Positions 13,719-23,980 of a stretch of DNA of 64,000 bases are shown here, piece by piece. Every line of letters starts with the position of its first letter. The stretch's first letter is position 1. The notes beneath the pieces are model-generated. The model saw only the letters and a program-made list of their open reading frames with translations, was not told where the DNA came from and did no database searches. The DNA is taken from assembly GCA_963742425.1 (NCBI GenBank), contig CAVULR010000003.1, positions 23,857 to 87,856 of the forward strand, in the 5' to 3' direction. This stretch comes from an uncultured Alphaproteobacteria bacterium (GTDB lineage Bacteria > Pseudomonadota > Alphaproteobacteria > Rhizobiales > Xanthobacteraceae). Both the position numbers and the translations under genes were made by a program.

Positions 13719-13824
13719 GCGCCCGATACCCGGAGAACAGCGGGGAGAGCTGGCGCTCTCGTACTCCCGTTGCCGTGTAAAAGCTCCTAGATTGGCTTCT
13801 CCATTCTGCGAGTCGCTCGACGCC

Positions 13825-15633
13825 ATGCCGGTCCGCCAACTCCCCGAACAAATCGTCAACCGCATCGCCGCCGGCGAGGTGGTCGAGCGTCCGGCCAGCG
13901 TGGTCAAGGAACTCGTTGAAAACGCCATCGACGCCGGCGCCAGCCGGATCGACGTCTTCACCGATGGCGGCGGCCGGCGGCGGATCGGGATTACCGACGA
14001 TGGCAGCGGCATGACCTATGGGGATCTGGCGCTCGCGGTCGATCGTTACGCCACGTCCAAACTCGACGACGAGGATCTGCTGGCGATCCGCACGCTGGGA
14101 TTTCGCGGCGAGGCGCTGCCCTCGATCGGCGCCGTGGCGAAGCTCGGCATCACCACCCGCCACGCAAGCGAACCTCATGCATGGTCGTTGTCGGTGGAAG
14201 GCGGCGAGAAATCGCCCATCATGCCGGCGGCGCTTGCTCAGGGAACCCGCGTCGAGGTCAGCGACCTCTTCTACGCGACTCCGGCGCGGCTGAAATTTCT
14301 CAAGACCGATCGCACCGAGGCCGAGGCGATCCGCGAGGTGGTGCGCCGGCTTGCGATGGCGCGCCCGGACATCGCCTTCACGCTGGCCGGCGAGGAGCGC
14401 GCGCCCGTCACCTGGGCGGCCGCGCTGCCCGGCGCGAGCGGCCGGTTGACGCGACTCGGCGATATCCTCGGGGCCGATTTTCGAAAGAGCGCGATCGAGG
14501 TGCGTGCCGAACGCGACGGAGTGATCGTCGAAGGCTTCGCTGCTGCGCCGTCGCTGACCCGCGCCAACGCGCTCGGGCAATATCTGTTCGTCAACGGCCG
14601 TCCCGTGCGCGACAAACTCATCCTCGGCGCGGTGCGCGCGGCCTATTCCGACTATCTGCCGCGCGATCGTCATCCGGTGGTGGCGCTGTTCGTGACACTG
14701 GATTGCGGCGAGGTCGACGCCAACGTGCATCCCGCCAAAACCGAGGTGCGGTTTCGCAATGCGGGCCTCGTCCGCGCGCTGATCGTACACGCGCTGAAGG
14801 AAGGACTTGCCCGCGAGGGCAAGCGCACCGCCGCCAACAGCGATGGCGCCGCCATCGCCTCTTTCCGCCCGTCATATACCCCGCGCGCCAATTGGGACTG
14901 GCGGCGCTCGCCGGCCTATCCGGCAGGCGCCGGACCTGCCTTCGGCGGCTCCGCGGCGACGGCGCTTGCCGAACCGGGCCAGGCGACGTTCGATGTCGGC
15001 GCCCCCACGGCCGATATACGCTTTCAGCAAGCACCATCCGCCGATCTGCTCGACCGTCCGTTGGGCGCGGCGCGGACGCAAATTCACGAGACCTATATCG
15101 TGTCGCAGACCCGCGACGGGCTCGTCGTGGTTGACCAGCACGCCGCCCACGAACGCATCGTCTATGAGAAACTGAAAGCATCGCTGGCGAAAAACGGCGT
15201 GCAGCGGCAGATCCTGCTGATCCCGGAGATCGTCGAGCTCGACGAGGCGACGGTGGAGCGGCTAATCGCGCGCGCCGAGGAGCTGGCAGCGTTCGGTCTT
15301 GCGATCGAATCCTTCGGCCCCGGTGCGGTCGCGGTGCGCGAGACGCCCTCGCTGCTCGGTAAAACCGACGCCGCATCATTGCTGCGTGATCTCGCCGAGC
15401 ACATGGCGGAATGGGACGAAGCGCTGCCGCTGGAGCGCCGTCTGATGCACGTCGCGGCCACCATGGCCTGCCACGGCTCGGTGCGGGCCGGCCGTATCCT
15501 CAAGCCGGAAGAGATGAACGCGCTGTTGCGCGAGATGGAGGACACGCCGAATTCCGGGCAGTGTAACCACGGCCGCCCGACTTACGTGGAATTGAAACTT
15601 TCGGATATCGAGAAGTTGTTCGGACGGCGGTGA
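13825..15633 (+). CDS. mutL: DNA mismatch repair endonuclease MutL
   Basis: IAAGEVVERPASVVKELVENAIDA, GFRGEAL, DQHAAHER, CNHGRP. Confidence 0.98.
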   Translation: MPVRQLPEQIVNRIAAGEVVERPASVVKELVENAIDAGASRIDVFTDGGGRRRIGITDDGSGMTYGDLALAVDRYATSKLDDEDLLAIRTLGFRGEALPSIGAVAKLGITTRHASEPHAWSLSVEGGEKSPIMPAALAQGTRVEVSDLFYATPARLKFLKTDRTEAEAIREVVRRLAMARPDIAFTLAGEERAPVTWAAALPGASGRLTRLGDILGADFRKSAIEVRAERDGVIVEGFAAAPSLTRANALGQYLFVNGRPVRDKLILGAVRAAYSDYLPRDRHPVVALFVTLDCGEVDANVHPAKTEVRFRNAGLVRALIVHALKEGLAREGKRTAANSDGAAIASFRPSYTPRANWDWRRSPAYPAGAGPAFGGSAATALAEPGQATFDVGAPTADIRFQQAPSADLLDRPLGAARTQIHETYIVSQTRDGLVVVDQHAAHERIVYEKLKASLAKNGVQRQILLIPEIVELDEATVERLIARAEELAAFGLAIESFGPGAVAVRETPSLLGKTDAASLLRDLAEHMAEWDEALPLERRLMHVAATMACHGSVRAGRILKPEEMNALLREMEDTPNSGQCNHGRPTYVELKLSDIEKLFGRR

Positions 15634-15881
15634 TGCGATCGAGATTGGGGGCGATTGGAGCAATTATCTACCTGCTGTTATTCGCTTGCGCGGCCGCCTA
15701 TCCGATGTTCGACCACCGAACCTTTGCCGGTCTTGGTGCCGTTCTGCTGGGATTGCCATGGATCGATTATATTTCGAGCGAATGGCTCCTCGCCGCGATC
15801 GCACTCAATGCGCTGATTATTTATGTCGTGCTGACCGGCCTGTCGTTTCTGCTTTCATTTCTTCGAGAATTCCGCGCGTAA
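15633..15881 (+). CDS. Small multi-pass membrane protein
   Basis: Start overlaps the mutL stop (TGATG); almost entirely hydrophobic. Confidence 0.6.
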   Translation: MRSRLGAIGAIIYLLLFACAAAYPMFDHRTFAGLGAVLLGLPWIDYISSEWLLAAIALNALIIYVVLTGLSFLLSFLREFRA

Positions 15882-15883
15882 CC

Positions 15884-16498
15884 TTATGCTGGGTTTCCGC
15901 TTGGTAGGCCATCATCTTCCGCGAAGGCGGACGATGATGGCCGTGCAACTGCGCGCAGGAACACGAACTCGGTATCATCGTATTGGCGCCGCTCCAGTTC
16001 CTCGAAACCTGCAGGCGCCGTAAATTCCGCGGCCTTGGCCTCTTCGACGATCAGCAGCGCACCCCCCGTCAACCAGCCGCCTTCGCGCAACGAGATAAGC
16101 GCCTTGTCGGCAAGCTTTTTTGCGTAGGGCGGATCGAGAAACACCAGCGAGAACGGCGCCATGGGATGCGCGGGGCCGAGATTCGTGGCGTCGCGGCGAT
16201 ACACCTTGGTCACTCCGCCGAGGCCCAGCGCCTCGACATTGTTGCGCATCAGCGCGCGGGCCTCAGCACCGTTATCCACGAACAGCGCGAACGCCGCCCC
16301 GCGCGAGATCGCCTCGATGCCGAGCGCGCCGGTGCCGGCGAACAGGTCGAGCACGCGCGCGCCTGCGATCGGATCGTCATAGGCGTGGATCAAAATATTA
16401 AACAGCGACTCACGCAACCGGTCCGCGGTAGGGCGGATGTCGCGCGACGACGGCGAGGCAATGTTGCGGCCCTTCAATCGCCCCCCGACGATGCGCAT
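15884..16498 (-). CDS. rsmD: 16S rRNA m2G966 methyltransferase
   Basis: MRIVGG, RPTADRLRESLFN, LDLFAGTGALG, FLDPPY. Confidence 0.95.
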   Translation of the reverse strand: MRIVGGRLKGRNIASPSSRDIRPTADRLRESLFNILIHAYDDPIAGARVLDLFAGTGALGIEAISRGAAFALFVDNGAEARALMRNNVEALGLGGVTKVYRRDATNLGPAHPMAPFSLVFLDPPYAKKLADKALISLREGGWLTGGALLIVEEAKAAEFTAPAGFEELERRQYDDTEFVFLRAVARPSSSAFAEDDGLPSGNPA

Positions 16499-16500
16499 CT

Positions 16501-17079
16501 TTACTTCCCGCTCCCTTGCGGGAGGGAGTGGGGGGTGGGGCTGCCGCTCCCCTCCATGGCGGACACCATCCAGCGCGTCATCTCGCGGGAAGTGAGGAAA
16601 TCGAGCGCCACGCGCTGAACGTCCGGGGCTGTGCCCTTGCCTTGCGCCACCGCGACCAGCAGGTCGCAGCGCCGCGACACGGCGATGCCGACGGCGGATT
16701 GCCGTGAGCCGTCGGCCATCTCGAGATCGTAGGTTCGCAGTCGCCCGGGCATGCCGGCGATCCGGGTCGCCTTGCCCGGGGCGAGCGCGGCGAAGCGCAG
16801 GCTCATCAGATCGAGATCGGCGACGCGATCGACTTCGTCATCATCGGCAACGCCGCTGTCGCAATTGCAAAAACCGGCCTTCGGACGCACATACACTTCG
16901 ATATCGCCACCGCACCATTCAACGGCGCAACGGAACGCACGCCCGGCGGGCCAACCATCGCGCGCAAACGGCCAGGCGATTTCGCGCCAACCCTCGACAT
17001 CCGATTGCGCTTTTTGGTAACCGGCTAACGCGGCCAGTGTGGCGATCGCGATTGCCGCAGCTATCAATAGTTTACGCAT
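16501..17079 (-). CDS. Exported Cys-containing hypothetical protein with a repeat-derived C-terminal tail
   Basis: Signal peptide; WPFARDGWP and GFCNC motifs; stop lies 2 nt from the rsmD start. Confidence 0.7.
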   Translation of the reverse strand: MRKLLIAAAIAIATLAALAGYQKAQSDVEGWREIAWPFARDGWPAGRAFRCAVEWCGGDIEVYVRPKAGFCNCDSGVADDDEVDRVADLDLMSLRFAALAPGKATRIAGMPGRLRTYDLEMADGSRQSAVGIAVSRRCDLLVAVAQGKGTAPDVQRVALDFLTSREMTRWMVSAMEGSGSPTPHSLPQGSGK

Positions 17080-17094
17080 CCCCCATCACCGGCA

Positions 17095-18537
17095 TCAGGG
17101 CAGACCGGCCGCGGCGCGGGCGGCGCCGGTCAATTCCAGGATATGCAGACCGGTGTTGGCGCGATCGACGATGTAGATATAGCCGCGCTCGTCGGTCTCG
17201 ACATTGTTGGTCTGGATCGCGACCTTGCAGCGGTCCTTGCCATCGACGGTCACGCAGCGCTTGTCGGTCGCCGCTGTGATCGAGGGAATGAAATAGCCGA
17301 CTTCGACCGGATGATAGGGATCGCGAATATCGAGCGCACGCACGCCGGCATTGAAGAAGGCGATGAACGCCATCTTCTTGTAGTAGACCGGCGCCATGCT
17401 CTCGTTCGACGAATGGGAGCCGAACCGCCCTCCCCGCTCGCAGAATGATCCGCTGGCTTCCGGAACCGTGAAGCTTGAAATCATCATCGGGCGATTCTCG
17501 ACCGTAACGTCGGCGAACCAGACCATCTGCCGCGGCTCGTTGCATTCGTTCAGGATCGCCTCGTCGACGATCATCACGATGTCGCGCATCTGGCCGTCCT
17601 TGTCGTGGGCGAATTCGGCGATCGGAAATGCCTTCATCGGAAAGACGGTGTGGGCGCCATTGAAAGCCGACATCGCCAGCCTCGAGACTTCCGGAAGGCG
17701 AAGGTTATCGGCGGTAGCCTCCTTCGGTCCGTTGATGAGTTTGTCGCGATCGACGATCTGCAGGAAACCGCCCTTGTTGGTGCCGTATCCGAAATAGACG
17801 CGATTGCCTTGCGGGCCGGTCGAGATCGGCCCGTGCAGTTCGGTCGGCACCGCGCCGGTCGAGCCCGGTTCCTGCCCCGGAAGGCCGAAATCCCTGATCT
17901 TCACGGGATGCGCGGGATCAGAGAGGTCATAGACCTGGGTCATGCGGCGGGTGCGCCAGTCCGGCGCGCCGGACACCAGAAACGCAATGCCGGTCTCGCA
18001 TTCCCACCAGTTCTTGTGCGTATCCTTCAAGCCCGCGATCCGCGTGATGAGAACCGGATTTGCGGGATCGGCAACATTCCAGATTTCATGCGCTTCGCCG
18101 CCGAAGGTGCGCAGCATATAGACCGCGTTGCGGTCGCCCCTGGGCAGCGCCTTGCCGTCGCAGACGCGCACCATCTGCGCACCGCCGCTCTCATAGGTTC
18201 CGGCCTGCCCGGGGATATGGTGCAGGTATTTCGGCTGTGCGGGATCGGTGACGTCGACGATCGAGGTGCCGTTCGGCTCGGCCTTTCCGGTCAGCGGATT
18301 GACAGGCGCCGGAACGGCGTCGGTGCCGCCGTGATGACCGATATAGGCGATCCAGCGCTCGCCCTGGTGATGGATGGTCGGCTGATAGGCACTGCGCGCC
18401 TGCAAATCGTTGCTGCCGACGAGCCTCATATTCGATGCTTCAGGCGGAGCGCCGATCACTTGCGGCTCGGCATAGGCGGTCCCGCACGCGAGCAGCGATA
18501 TCCAAACATACATTGCAAGTTTAACGTGACCGCTCAT
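17095..18537 (-). CDS. Exported LVIVD-like beta-propeller protein
   Basis: Signal peptide (AYA|E); repeated (I/V)xD(V/I/L)xDP strands (IVDVTDP, VYDLSDP, ALDIRDP). Confidence 0.75.
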   Translation of the reverse strand: MSGHVKLAMYVWISLLACGTAYAEPQVIGAPPEASNMRLVGSNDLQARSAYQPTIHHQGERWIAYIGHHGGTDAVPAPVNPLTGKAEPNGTSIVDVTDPAQPKYLHHIPGQAGTYESGGAQMVRVCDGKALPRGDRNAVYMLRTFGGEAHEIWNVADPANPVLITRIAGLKDTHKNWWECETGIAFLVSGAPDWRTRRMTQVYDLSDPAHPVKIRDFGLPGQEPGSTGAVPTELHGPISTGPQGNRVYFGYGTNKGGFLQIVDRDKLINGPKEATADNLRLPEVSRLAMSAFNGAHTVFPMKAFPIAEFAHDKDGQMRDIVMIVDEAILNECNEPRQMVWFADVTVENRPMMISSFTVPEASGSFCERGGRFGSHSSNESMAPVYYKKMAFIAFFNAGVRALDIRDPYHPVEVGYFIPSITAATDKRCVTVDGKDRCKVAIQTNNVETDERGYIYIVDRANTGLHILELTGAARAAAGLP

Positions 18538-18883
18538 GCTTTTCCACCCGGGGCTATCGACGCCACTCTGCGTTGGCTGAGTTCGCGGCGATATCATAGC
18601 GAAGCGTGCCCGGATTGCACAACGCTTGGGACGCCAAGCCAACGATGCGCTAAACGGCCTTATGTTGGCCGGTTGCATTGCAGCGTGCCGCCTCCCGAGA
18701 ATTTCAGCCAATATCTGTTGTTTTAGAAGGGGGCAACGATGTCACCGCAGCATGGACAGGTCGCCAGCCGCCGCCGCTTTTTTGCAATTTGTGGCCGCGA
18801 GCAAGATGGCGCCGCAGCAGCGGAAGCTCGCGACGCTGAAGGAGATGGGAATCAAGACGCCGTAGGATTGCCCCAAGGATTCT

Positions 18884-19008
18884 CGTCGCCCCTGCGGACG
18901 CAGCGACCCATACTCCGCGGCCGATATTGTTGGAAAGCAGGTACAGCCAGCAGCCGGTGAAACAACCGGCGCATGTGATTATGGGTCCCCGCGTCCGCAG
19001 GGACGACG
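18884..19008. repeat. CGTC-tagged REP pair
   Basis: CGTCGCCCCTGCGGACGCAGCGACCCATA ... TATGGGTCCCCGCGTCCGCAGGGACGACG. Confidence 0.8.
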
Positions 19009-19106
19009 AGACACGGGAGAGTCTCTCCCTCGCCTTTCACTCCGGCGCGCCGCAACGCGCCGATTCTCGTCAAGCATCCTCGTTATCGGTCTTCACAGGC
19101 ATCCAT

Positions 19107-19424
19107 TCACGCCGCCATGCCAACTCGCGCGGCGGATTTGATGCGGGCGGGCTTTCCACCCGGCGGCCCCCTGGGCGATGGATCGAGGGCGGACAAGGCC
19201 TCCAGCACCTCATCGATGGTCACCATGTGGCGCGACCCCGGCAATTCGCGGAACGCGGGATTGGATACGACGGCGGCGGCATCCGACGCCCAGGAAGCGA
19301 GGATCGCCCGTTTCTCGCCGATAGATAGGGTCGGGTCGGCCACGACGTCGCGGGGATGATCGTAAACAGAACCTGGGTGCAGGATTGCGTTCAGGTCGAT
19401 AACATTGTCTCCATGATCGGTCAT
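19107..19424 (-). CDS. Conserved hypothetical protein downstream of the small HSP gene
   Basis: AGGAGGA RBS; HPRDVVADP-L---EKRAILASWASD motif typical of rhizobial sHSP-linked genes. Confidence 0.75.
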   Translation of the reverse strand: MTDHGDNVIDLNAILHPGSVYDHPRDVVADPTLSIGEKRAILASWASDAAAVVSNPAFRELPGSRHMVTIDEVLEALSALDPSPRGPPGGKPARIKSAARVGMAA

Positions 19425-19542
19425 GGGGAAGGTCCTCCTTCTCCTTTCGTGGACACCTCTGGTTTGTGTTTGGGCCCGATACGGCGGGCTCAGTATCTCC
19501 CGCCCGGCGGGCCGGGCGGGAGCGCAATGCTTGAAAATGATT

Positions 19543-19998
19543 TTACGCGGCTTTGGCTTCGATCTGCTGCGCGTTGCTGGCGGGTGCGCCATTGATGGCA
19601 ATTCGCCGCGGCTTCATCGCCTCGGGGATTTCCCGGACCAGTTCGATTTTCAGCAAGCCGTTCTCGAATGCGGCGCTCTTCACCTGAACGTAGTCGGCAA
19701 GGCTGAATTGCCGCTTGAAGGGCCGCGCGGAAATACCTCGATAGAGATATTCGCGCTCGATCTTGTCGGGCCTGCCGCCTTCGATGGTGACGACGTTCTG
19801 CGCGGCCGTCACCGAGATTTCGTCGGGCGAGAAGCCAGCCACCGCAAGCGAAATCAGGTAGCGATCCTCGCTCAGCCGTTCGATGTTGTAGGGCGGATAA
19901 TTGTCCTCGCCGGCCCGCTGGGCGCTTTCAACGAGGTCGAAAAGGCGGTCGAAACCAATGGTCGAACGCCAAAGGGGAGAGAAGTCGTAAGTGCGCAT
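19543..19998 (-). CDS. Small heat-shock protein (Hsp20, IbpA class)
   Basis: MRTYDFSPLWRSTIGFD, YPPYNIE, YLYRGIS, NGLL, PEAMKPRRIAI. Confidence 0.95.
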   Translation of the reverse strand: MRTYDFSPLWRSTIGFDRLFDLVESAQRAGEDNYPPYNIERLSEDRYLISLAVAGFSPDEISVTAAQNVVTIEGGRPDKIEREYLYRGISARPFKRQFSLADYVQVKSAAFENGLLKIELVREIPEAMKPRRIAINGAPASNAQQIEAKAA

Positions 19999-20107
19999 AG
20001 CCAGATCCTCCAAAAGAGCAAAATGGGTACGAGCGGCACCGGACACGACCGGTGCCCGTCTCAAGTCCCCGACCCCTCAGGCATCGGAGACGCCACTTCA
20101 CGGTGGC
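19996..20107 (-). ncRNA. ROSE RNA thermometer in the sHSP 5'UTR
   Basis: Minus strand ends CTCGTACCCATTTTGCTCTTTTGGAGGATCTGGCTATG (U(U/C)GCU anti-SD paired with GGAGGA); three upstream hairpins; TTGAAA-N17-TATTTT promoter at 20143..20115. Confidence 0.9.
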
Positions 20108-20330
20108 GAGGCAGAAAATAAAAAAAGCGGTTTTTGGTTTCAAGGGGACGATCAAAAAATTTTTGAGCCCAAATTGATTTTCGTTATCGGGAAGTTAATG
20201 GGCGGCATGGCCGTAGCACCCGCGAAAACACTTGCCGGCCAAAATCAAGTCCTGGAGCAGGTCAGGGATACCCCCGGGGGCTGGGTAAGGTTTCGCCGCG
20301 CAGCATCCGGGCACACGAGGTCTTCCACCG

Positions 20331-20408
20331 CATGTCCGCTGTCGGGGAGAAGCGGGAACTTTGCGGTTGCGCGCGCCGAGGTCCGAAAATGACCCAAAGG
20401 CGACATGT
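20331..20408. repeat. ATGTCCG/TGACCC-type short palindromic repeat upstream of an accessory gene
   Basis: ATGTCCGCTGTCGGGGAGAAGCGG...GTCCGAAAATGACCCAAAGGCGACATG; degenerate relatives near 30199-30430 and 31938-32005. Confidence 0.5.
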
Positions 20409-20480
20409 GGCGCTAGTCGGACGAGCCTCCCTGTGGTTTTATAATCAGCGCCTCATATCGCCGATTTAGGGGGTCTGTGT

Positions 20481-22262
20481 TTGACCGACAATCGCGTGGA
20501 AAGGCGGCTGGCAGCTGTGCTGGCGGCGGATATCGCCGGCTACAGCCGGTTGATGGGCCGCGACGAGGAGCACACCCTTGCACAGCTAAAGACCTTTCGA
20601 AAGACACTCTTCGATCCCGGGATTACCGCCCACCGCGGCCGCATCGTCAAGACGACCGGCGATGGCATGCTGGTCGAGTTCGCCAGCGCGGTCGATGCCG
20701 CGCGCTGCGCGGTGGAAGTCCAGCGAGAGATGGCCAGACGAAACACCGGCGTGGCGCCGGAACTCAGGATCGAATTCCGCATCGGCATTCACGTCGGCGA
20801 CATCCTCGTCGACGACGACGATATTTTCGGAGACGGGGTCAACATCGCGGCACGCCTCGAGGGAATTGCCGAGCCGGGCGGCGTCTGCATCTCCGACGAT
20901 GCGCACCGGCAAATTCGCGGCAAGATCGATATCGCCTTCGATAACATCGGGGAGCAGACCTTAAAGAATATTGCCGAACCGATGCGCGCCTGGCGCATAC
21001 GGCTTGCCGGCGAGGCCGCCCCGGCGATCCGCTCAAGTTCCTCTCCGGCACACGTTCAAGATCTGGCGCTGCCCGACAAGCCGTCGATCGTCGTGCTGCC
21101 GTTCGACAACATGTCCGCTGAGGCGGGTCAGGACTACCTTGCCGATGGAATTGTCGAGGCGATTACCGCCGCGCTTTCGTGCATCCGTTCCTTTTTCGTT
21201 ATCGCGCGCAGCTCAGCATTCACCTATAAGGGCCGCGCTACAAATGCGCGCGATATCGGCAGGGAATTGGGCGTTGCCTATATGCTCGAAGGCAGCGTGC
21301 AGAAAGCCGGCAACCGGCTCCGCATCATCGTTCAACTGATCGAGACCGAGGGAGGCGCACACGTCTGGAGTTCGCGCTTTGACGGCGCCATCGATGAATT
21401 CTTTGATCTACAGGATCGAATAACGGAGCAGGTGGCAGGCGCGCTACAGCCCTCCATCCGCATCGCCGAGATCGAGCGGTCGCGACGCAAGCGGCCGCAA
21501 GACCTGGGCAGCTACGATTTTACGATGAGAGCAATGCCTCATGTCTGGGCGCTTGAGAAGGACGAGAGCGCCAAAGCGCTCGAACTCCTCGAAAAAGCAC
21601 TCGCGATCGACCCCGAATACCCCCTGGCTTTGTCGCTCGCCGGCTGGTGCCACGCCCAGCGCTCCGTCTACAATTGGGCGGATGATATCGCGGCCAGTCA
21701 GGCCATGGCGCGATCGCTCGCCGAGCGGGCCGCAGAGATGAGCGGCAGCGATCCCATTATCCTGGCCGTGCTCGGCGCCGTGCATACTTTCGTACACAAC
21801 CATGGAACCGCGCGTTTGCTGCTTGAGCGCGCCGTCACCCTCGATCCCAACGCCGCATGGGCCTGGTCTCGGCTCGGATGGCTCGAGAACTATTCCGATC
21901 AACCTCGAAAGGCGATCGCTAATTTCGAGCATGCTCTGCGCTTGAGCCCGATCGATCCCATGAATTTCAACAATTATGTAGGGATCGGCTCCGCCCATGA
22001 AGTATCACAGGAATACGACGAGGCCGTCGCGTTCTATCGGCGTGCCCTCGAAGAGCGGCCAAATGCAAGTTGGATATACCGCAATTTGGCCGCCGCTCTG
22101 TCGGGAGCCGGCCGGGTCGAAGAGGCTCAACAGGCTTTTGCGGAAATGCTGCGGCACTACCCCGATCTGACGATTTCAAAGTTCAAACAAGCCATGGTCT
22201 TCTCTCCCGCCATCCTGAACCGTATGGCAGAAAATCTTCGAAAGCTCGGCTTGCCGGACTGA
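20481..22262 (+). CDS. Class III adenylate/guanylate cyclase with TolB-like and TPR domains
   Basis: RRLAAVLAADIAGYS, KTTGDG, RIGIHVGD, GDGVNIAARLE, PSIVVLPF, TPR-like helices. Confidence 0.92.
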   Translation: MTDNRVERRLAAVLAADIAGYSRLMGRDEEHTLAQLKTFRKTLFDPGITAHRGRIVKTTGDGMLVEFASAVDAARCAVEVQREMARRNTGVAPELRIEFRIGIHVGDILVDDDDIFGDGVNIAARLEGIAEPGGVCISDDAHRQIRGKIDIAFDNIGEQTLKNIAEPMRAWRIRLAGEAAPAIRSSSSPAHVQDLALPDKPSIVVLPFDNMSAEAGQDYLADGIVEAITAALSCIRSFFVIARSSAFTYKGRATNARDIGRELGVAYMLEGSVQKAGNRLRIIVQLIETEGGAHVWSSRFDGAIDEFFDLQDRITEQVAGALQPSIRIAEIERSRRKRPQDLGSYDFTMRAMPHVWALEKDESAKALELLEKALAIDPEYPLALSLAGWCHAQRSVYNWADDIAASQAMARSLAERAAEMSGSDPIILAVLGAVHTFVHNHGTARLLLERAVTLDPNAAWAWSRLGWLENYSDQPRKAIANFEHALRLSPIDPMNFNNYVGIGSAHEVSQEYDEAVAFYRRALEERPNASWIYRNLAAALSGAGRVEEAQQAFAEMLRHYPDLTISKFKQAMVFSPAILNRMAENLRKLGLPD

Positions 22263-22287
22263 ATAGGGCGATCCGTGTTGGATGAGA

Positions 22288-22485
22288 GGTTCCCGGATTA
22301 TGCGCCGATGAAGCATTCGGGACAAGGACGGGAAGGTCTCTCGCAGAGAGTGGACCCCGGATCTGCGCACCGCAAGAGGCGCTGCGCAGCATCCGGGGAA
22401 CGAGGCCGTCGATCTCGACGCAATAGCCGCGTCCCGGGCGCGGTGCAGCGTGCTCTTCACGCTGCTCCGCAGAACCGGGACCCAG
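22288..22485. repeat. GTCCCGG-type composite palindromic repeat between convergent genes
   Basis: GACCCCGGATCTGCGCACC..GCAGCATCCGGGGAACG and GTCCCGGGCGCGGTGCAGCG..GCAGAACCGGGACCC. Confidence 0.75.
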
Positions 22486-22494
22486 AATTTAGGA

Positions 22495-23913
22495 TCAACT
22501 CAGCGACATCTCGAGCGGCGGTGCGATATTTGCCGGCAGCGGGCTCACATAGGGCGTGCGGGCCGTTCGCTTTTTGAGATCGGCCTTGGCCGCAGCAATC
22601 AGGTCCGGCTCGGTCAGCGCCTTGACGCCAAGCCCCGCCATGGCCTTGGCGGCTTGCACCATGGCCTTGTGGGCGGCCGGGCTCTTGCCCTGTGCGACCA
22701 CCTGCCAGGTGTGAAAGGGCGTCCCGATGGCGACCGTCGGAGCATGAACCTGAACGGTCGGGACGACCCAGCTCACATCGCCGACATCGGTCGAGCCGAT
22801 CAGAGGATTGCGCTTGGCGTCCAGCGGTACGATGAAATCGGCAAGCGGGCGATCGGTGGGATCCATGCCGATCGCATGATAGACCGAGGCGATGTCTTTC
22901 TCGGTCAGCGTGGAGCGGATTTTGGTTGCGAATTCCTCGTCCGCCTCGTCGAAACGCGGGGGACCGAGTTCCTCCATGATCCGGTGAAGGGTCTGCTCCA
23001 GCGGGGTGTTGGGCAAGACATTGGAGACGGCGGAAATGATCCGCATCTCCATCTTGGTTTCGGTCATCAGCGCCGCGCCTTGCGCGATCTTGTGAACGCG
23101 CGCCACCAACTCGTTCATGCCGGGCAAGTCGCCGGCGCGGATGGAATAGCGCACGCGGGCATGGGCCTGCACCACATTGGGGGCAATTCCACCGGTATCG
23201 AGCAGGGCATAATGGACGCGGGCCTCGCTCGGCATGTGCTCGCGCATGTAGTTCACGCCGACATTCATCAGCTCCACCGCGTCGAGCGCGCTGCGGCCGA
23301 GGTGCGGCGAGGCCGCGGCATGCGAGGTGCGCCCTGTGAAGATGAAATCGGCGCGCGTGTTTGCCAGCGACGGCGTTACCACCACCTCCCAGAAACTGGA
23401 CGGGTGCCAGGTGATGGCGATGTCGGCGTCGTCGAAGGCGCCCGAACGAACCATGAAGGTTTTCGCCGCACCACCCTCCTCCGCCGGACAGCCATAATAA
23501 CGCACGCGCCCCGGCACCTTGTGAGCTGAAAGCCAATCCTTCGCCGCGGTGGCGGCGAGCAGCGCGGCCGAACCCAGAAGATTATGGCCGCAGCCATGGC
23601 CATGGCCTCCCGTTTCGAGCGGACGAGGCTCCGCTACGCCTGCCTCCTGACTTAAACCGGGCAGTGCATCATATTCGCCGAGGAAGGCGATGACGGGACC
23701 GCCCTCACCCCATTCGCCCTTCAGGGCGGTGGGAATGTCCGCGACATTCTCGGTGATGCGGAAACCCTGATGGCGCAACTCCGCCAGATGTTCGGCAGCC
23801 GAGCGCGCCTCGGTATAGCAGACTTCGGGCATGCCCCAGATTTTGTCGCTGAGCGCGACGAAGCGCGGCTTGATCGCGTCAACGCCACGCCAAATGTCAT
23901 TGCGATTGTCCAT
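22495..23913 (-). CDS. M20 amidohydrolase (AbgB-like)
   Basis: LGEYDALPGL, GHGCGHNLLG, GCPAEEG, ITWHP, GSTDVGDVSW. Confidence 0.9.
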   Translation of the reverse strand: MDNRNDIWRGVDAIKPRFVALSDKIWGMPEVCYTEARSAAEHLAELRHQGFRITENVADIPTALKGEWGEGGPVIAFLGEYDALPGLSQEAGVAEPRPLETGGHGHGCGHNLLGSAALLAATAAKDWLSAHKVPGRVRYYGCPAEEGGAAKTFMVRSGAFDDADIAITWHPSSFWEVVVTPSLANTRADFIFTGRTSHAAASPHLGRSALDAVELMNVGVNYMREHMPSEARVHYALLDTGGIAPNVVQAHARVRYSIRAGDLPGMNELVARVHKIAQGAALMTETKMEMRIISAVSNVLPNTPLEQTLHRIMEELGPPRFDEADEEFATKIRSTLTEKDIASVYHAIGMDPTDRPLADFIVPLDAKRNPLIGSTDVGDVSWVVPTVQVHAPTVAIGTPFHTWQVVAQGKSPAAHKAMVQAAKAMAGLGVKALTEPDLIAAAKADLKKRTARTPYVSPLPANIAPPLEMSLS

Positions 23914-23943
23914 CTTGCAATTCCGCTCCAAGGTGTGAGTGAA

Positions 23944-23980
23944 ATCGTTATCAGCTTCGCCCGGCCGCGCCTAGCAGGCG
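23944..23980 (+). repeat. Direct repeat copy 1 flanking the SDR gene
   Basis: ATCGTTATCAGCTTCGCCCGGCCGCGCCTAGCAGGCG; 34/37 identical to 24955..24991. Confidence 0.85.

Noticed and set aside
13576-13824. Long N-terminal extensions of MutL, ArfB and LspA in the ORF track
   Set aside because: The extensions run through intergenic REP sequence; the conserved starts lie downstream
14038-14061. MutL RYATSK instead of RHATSK as a mutator allele
   Set aside because: Single base change in an error-prone contig, and aromatic residues occur at this position in other MutL-family proteins
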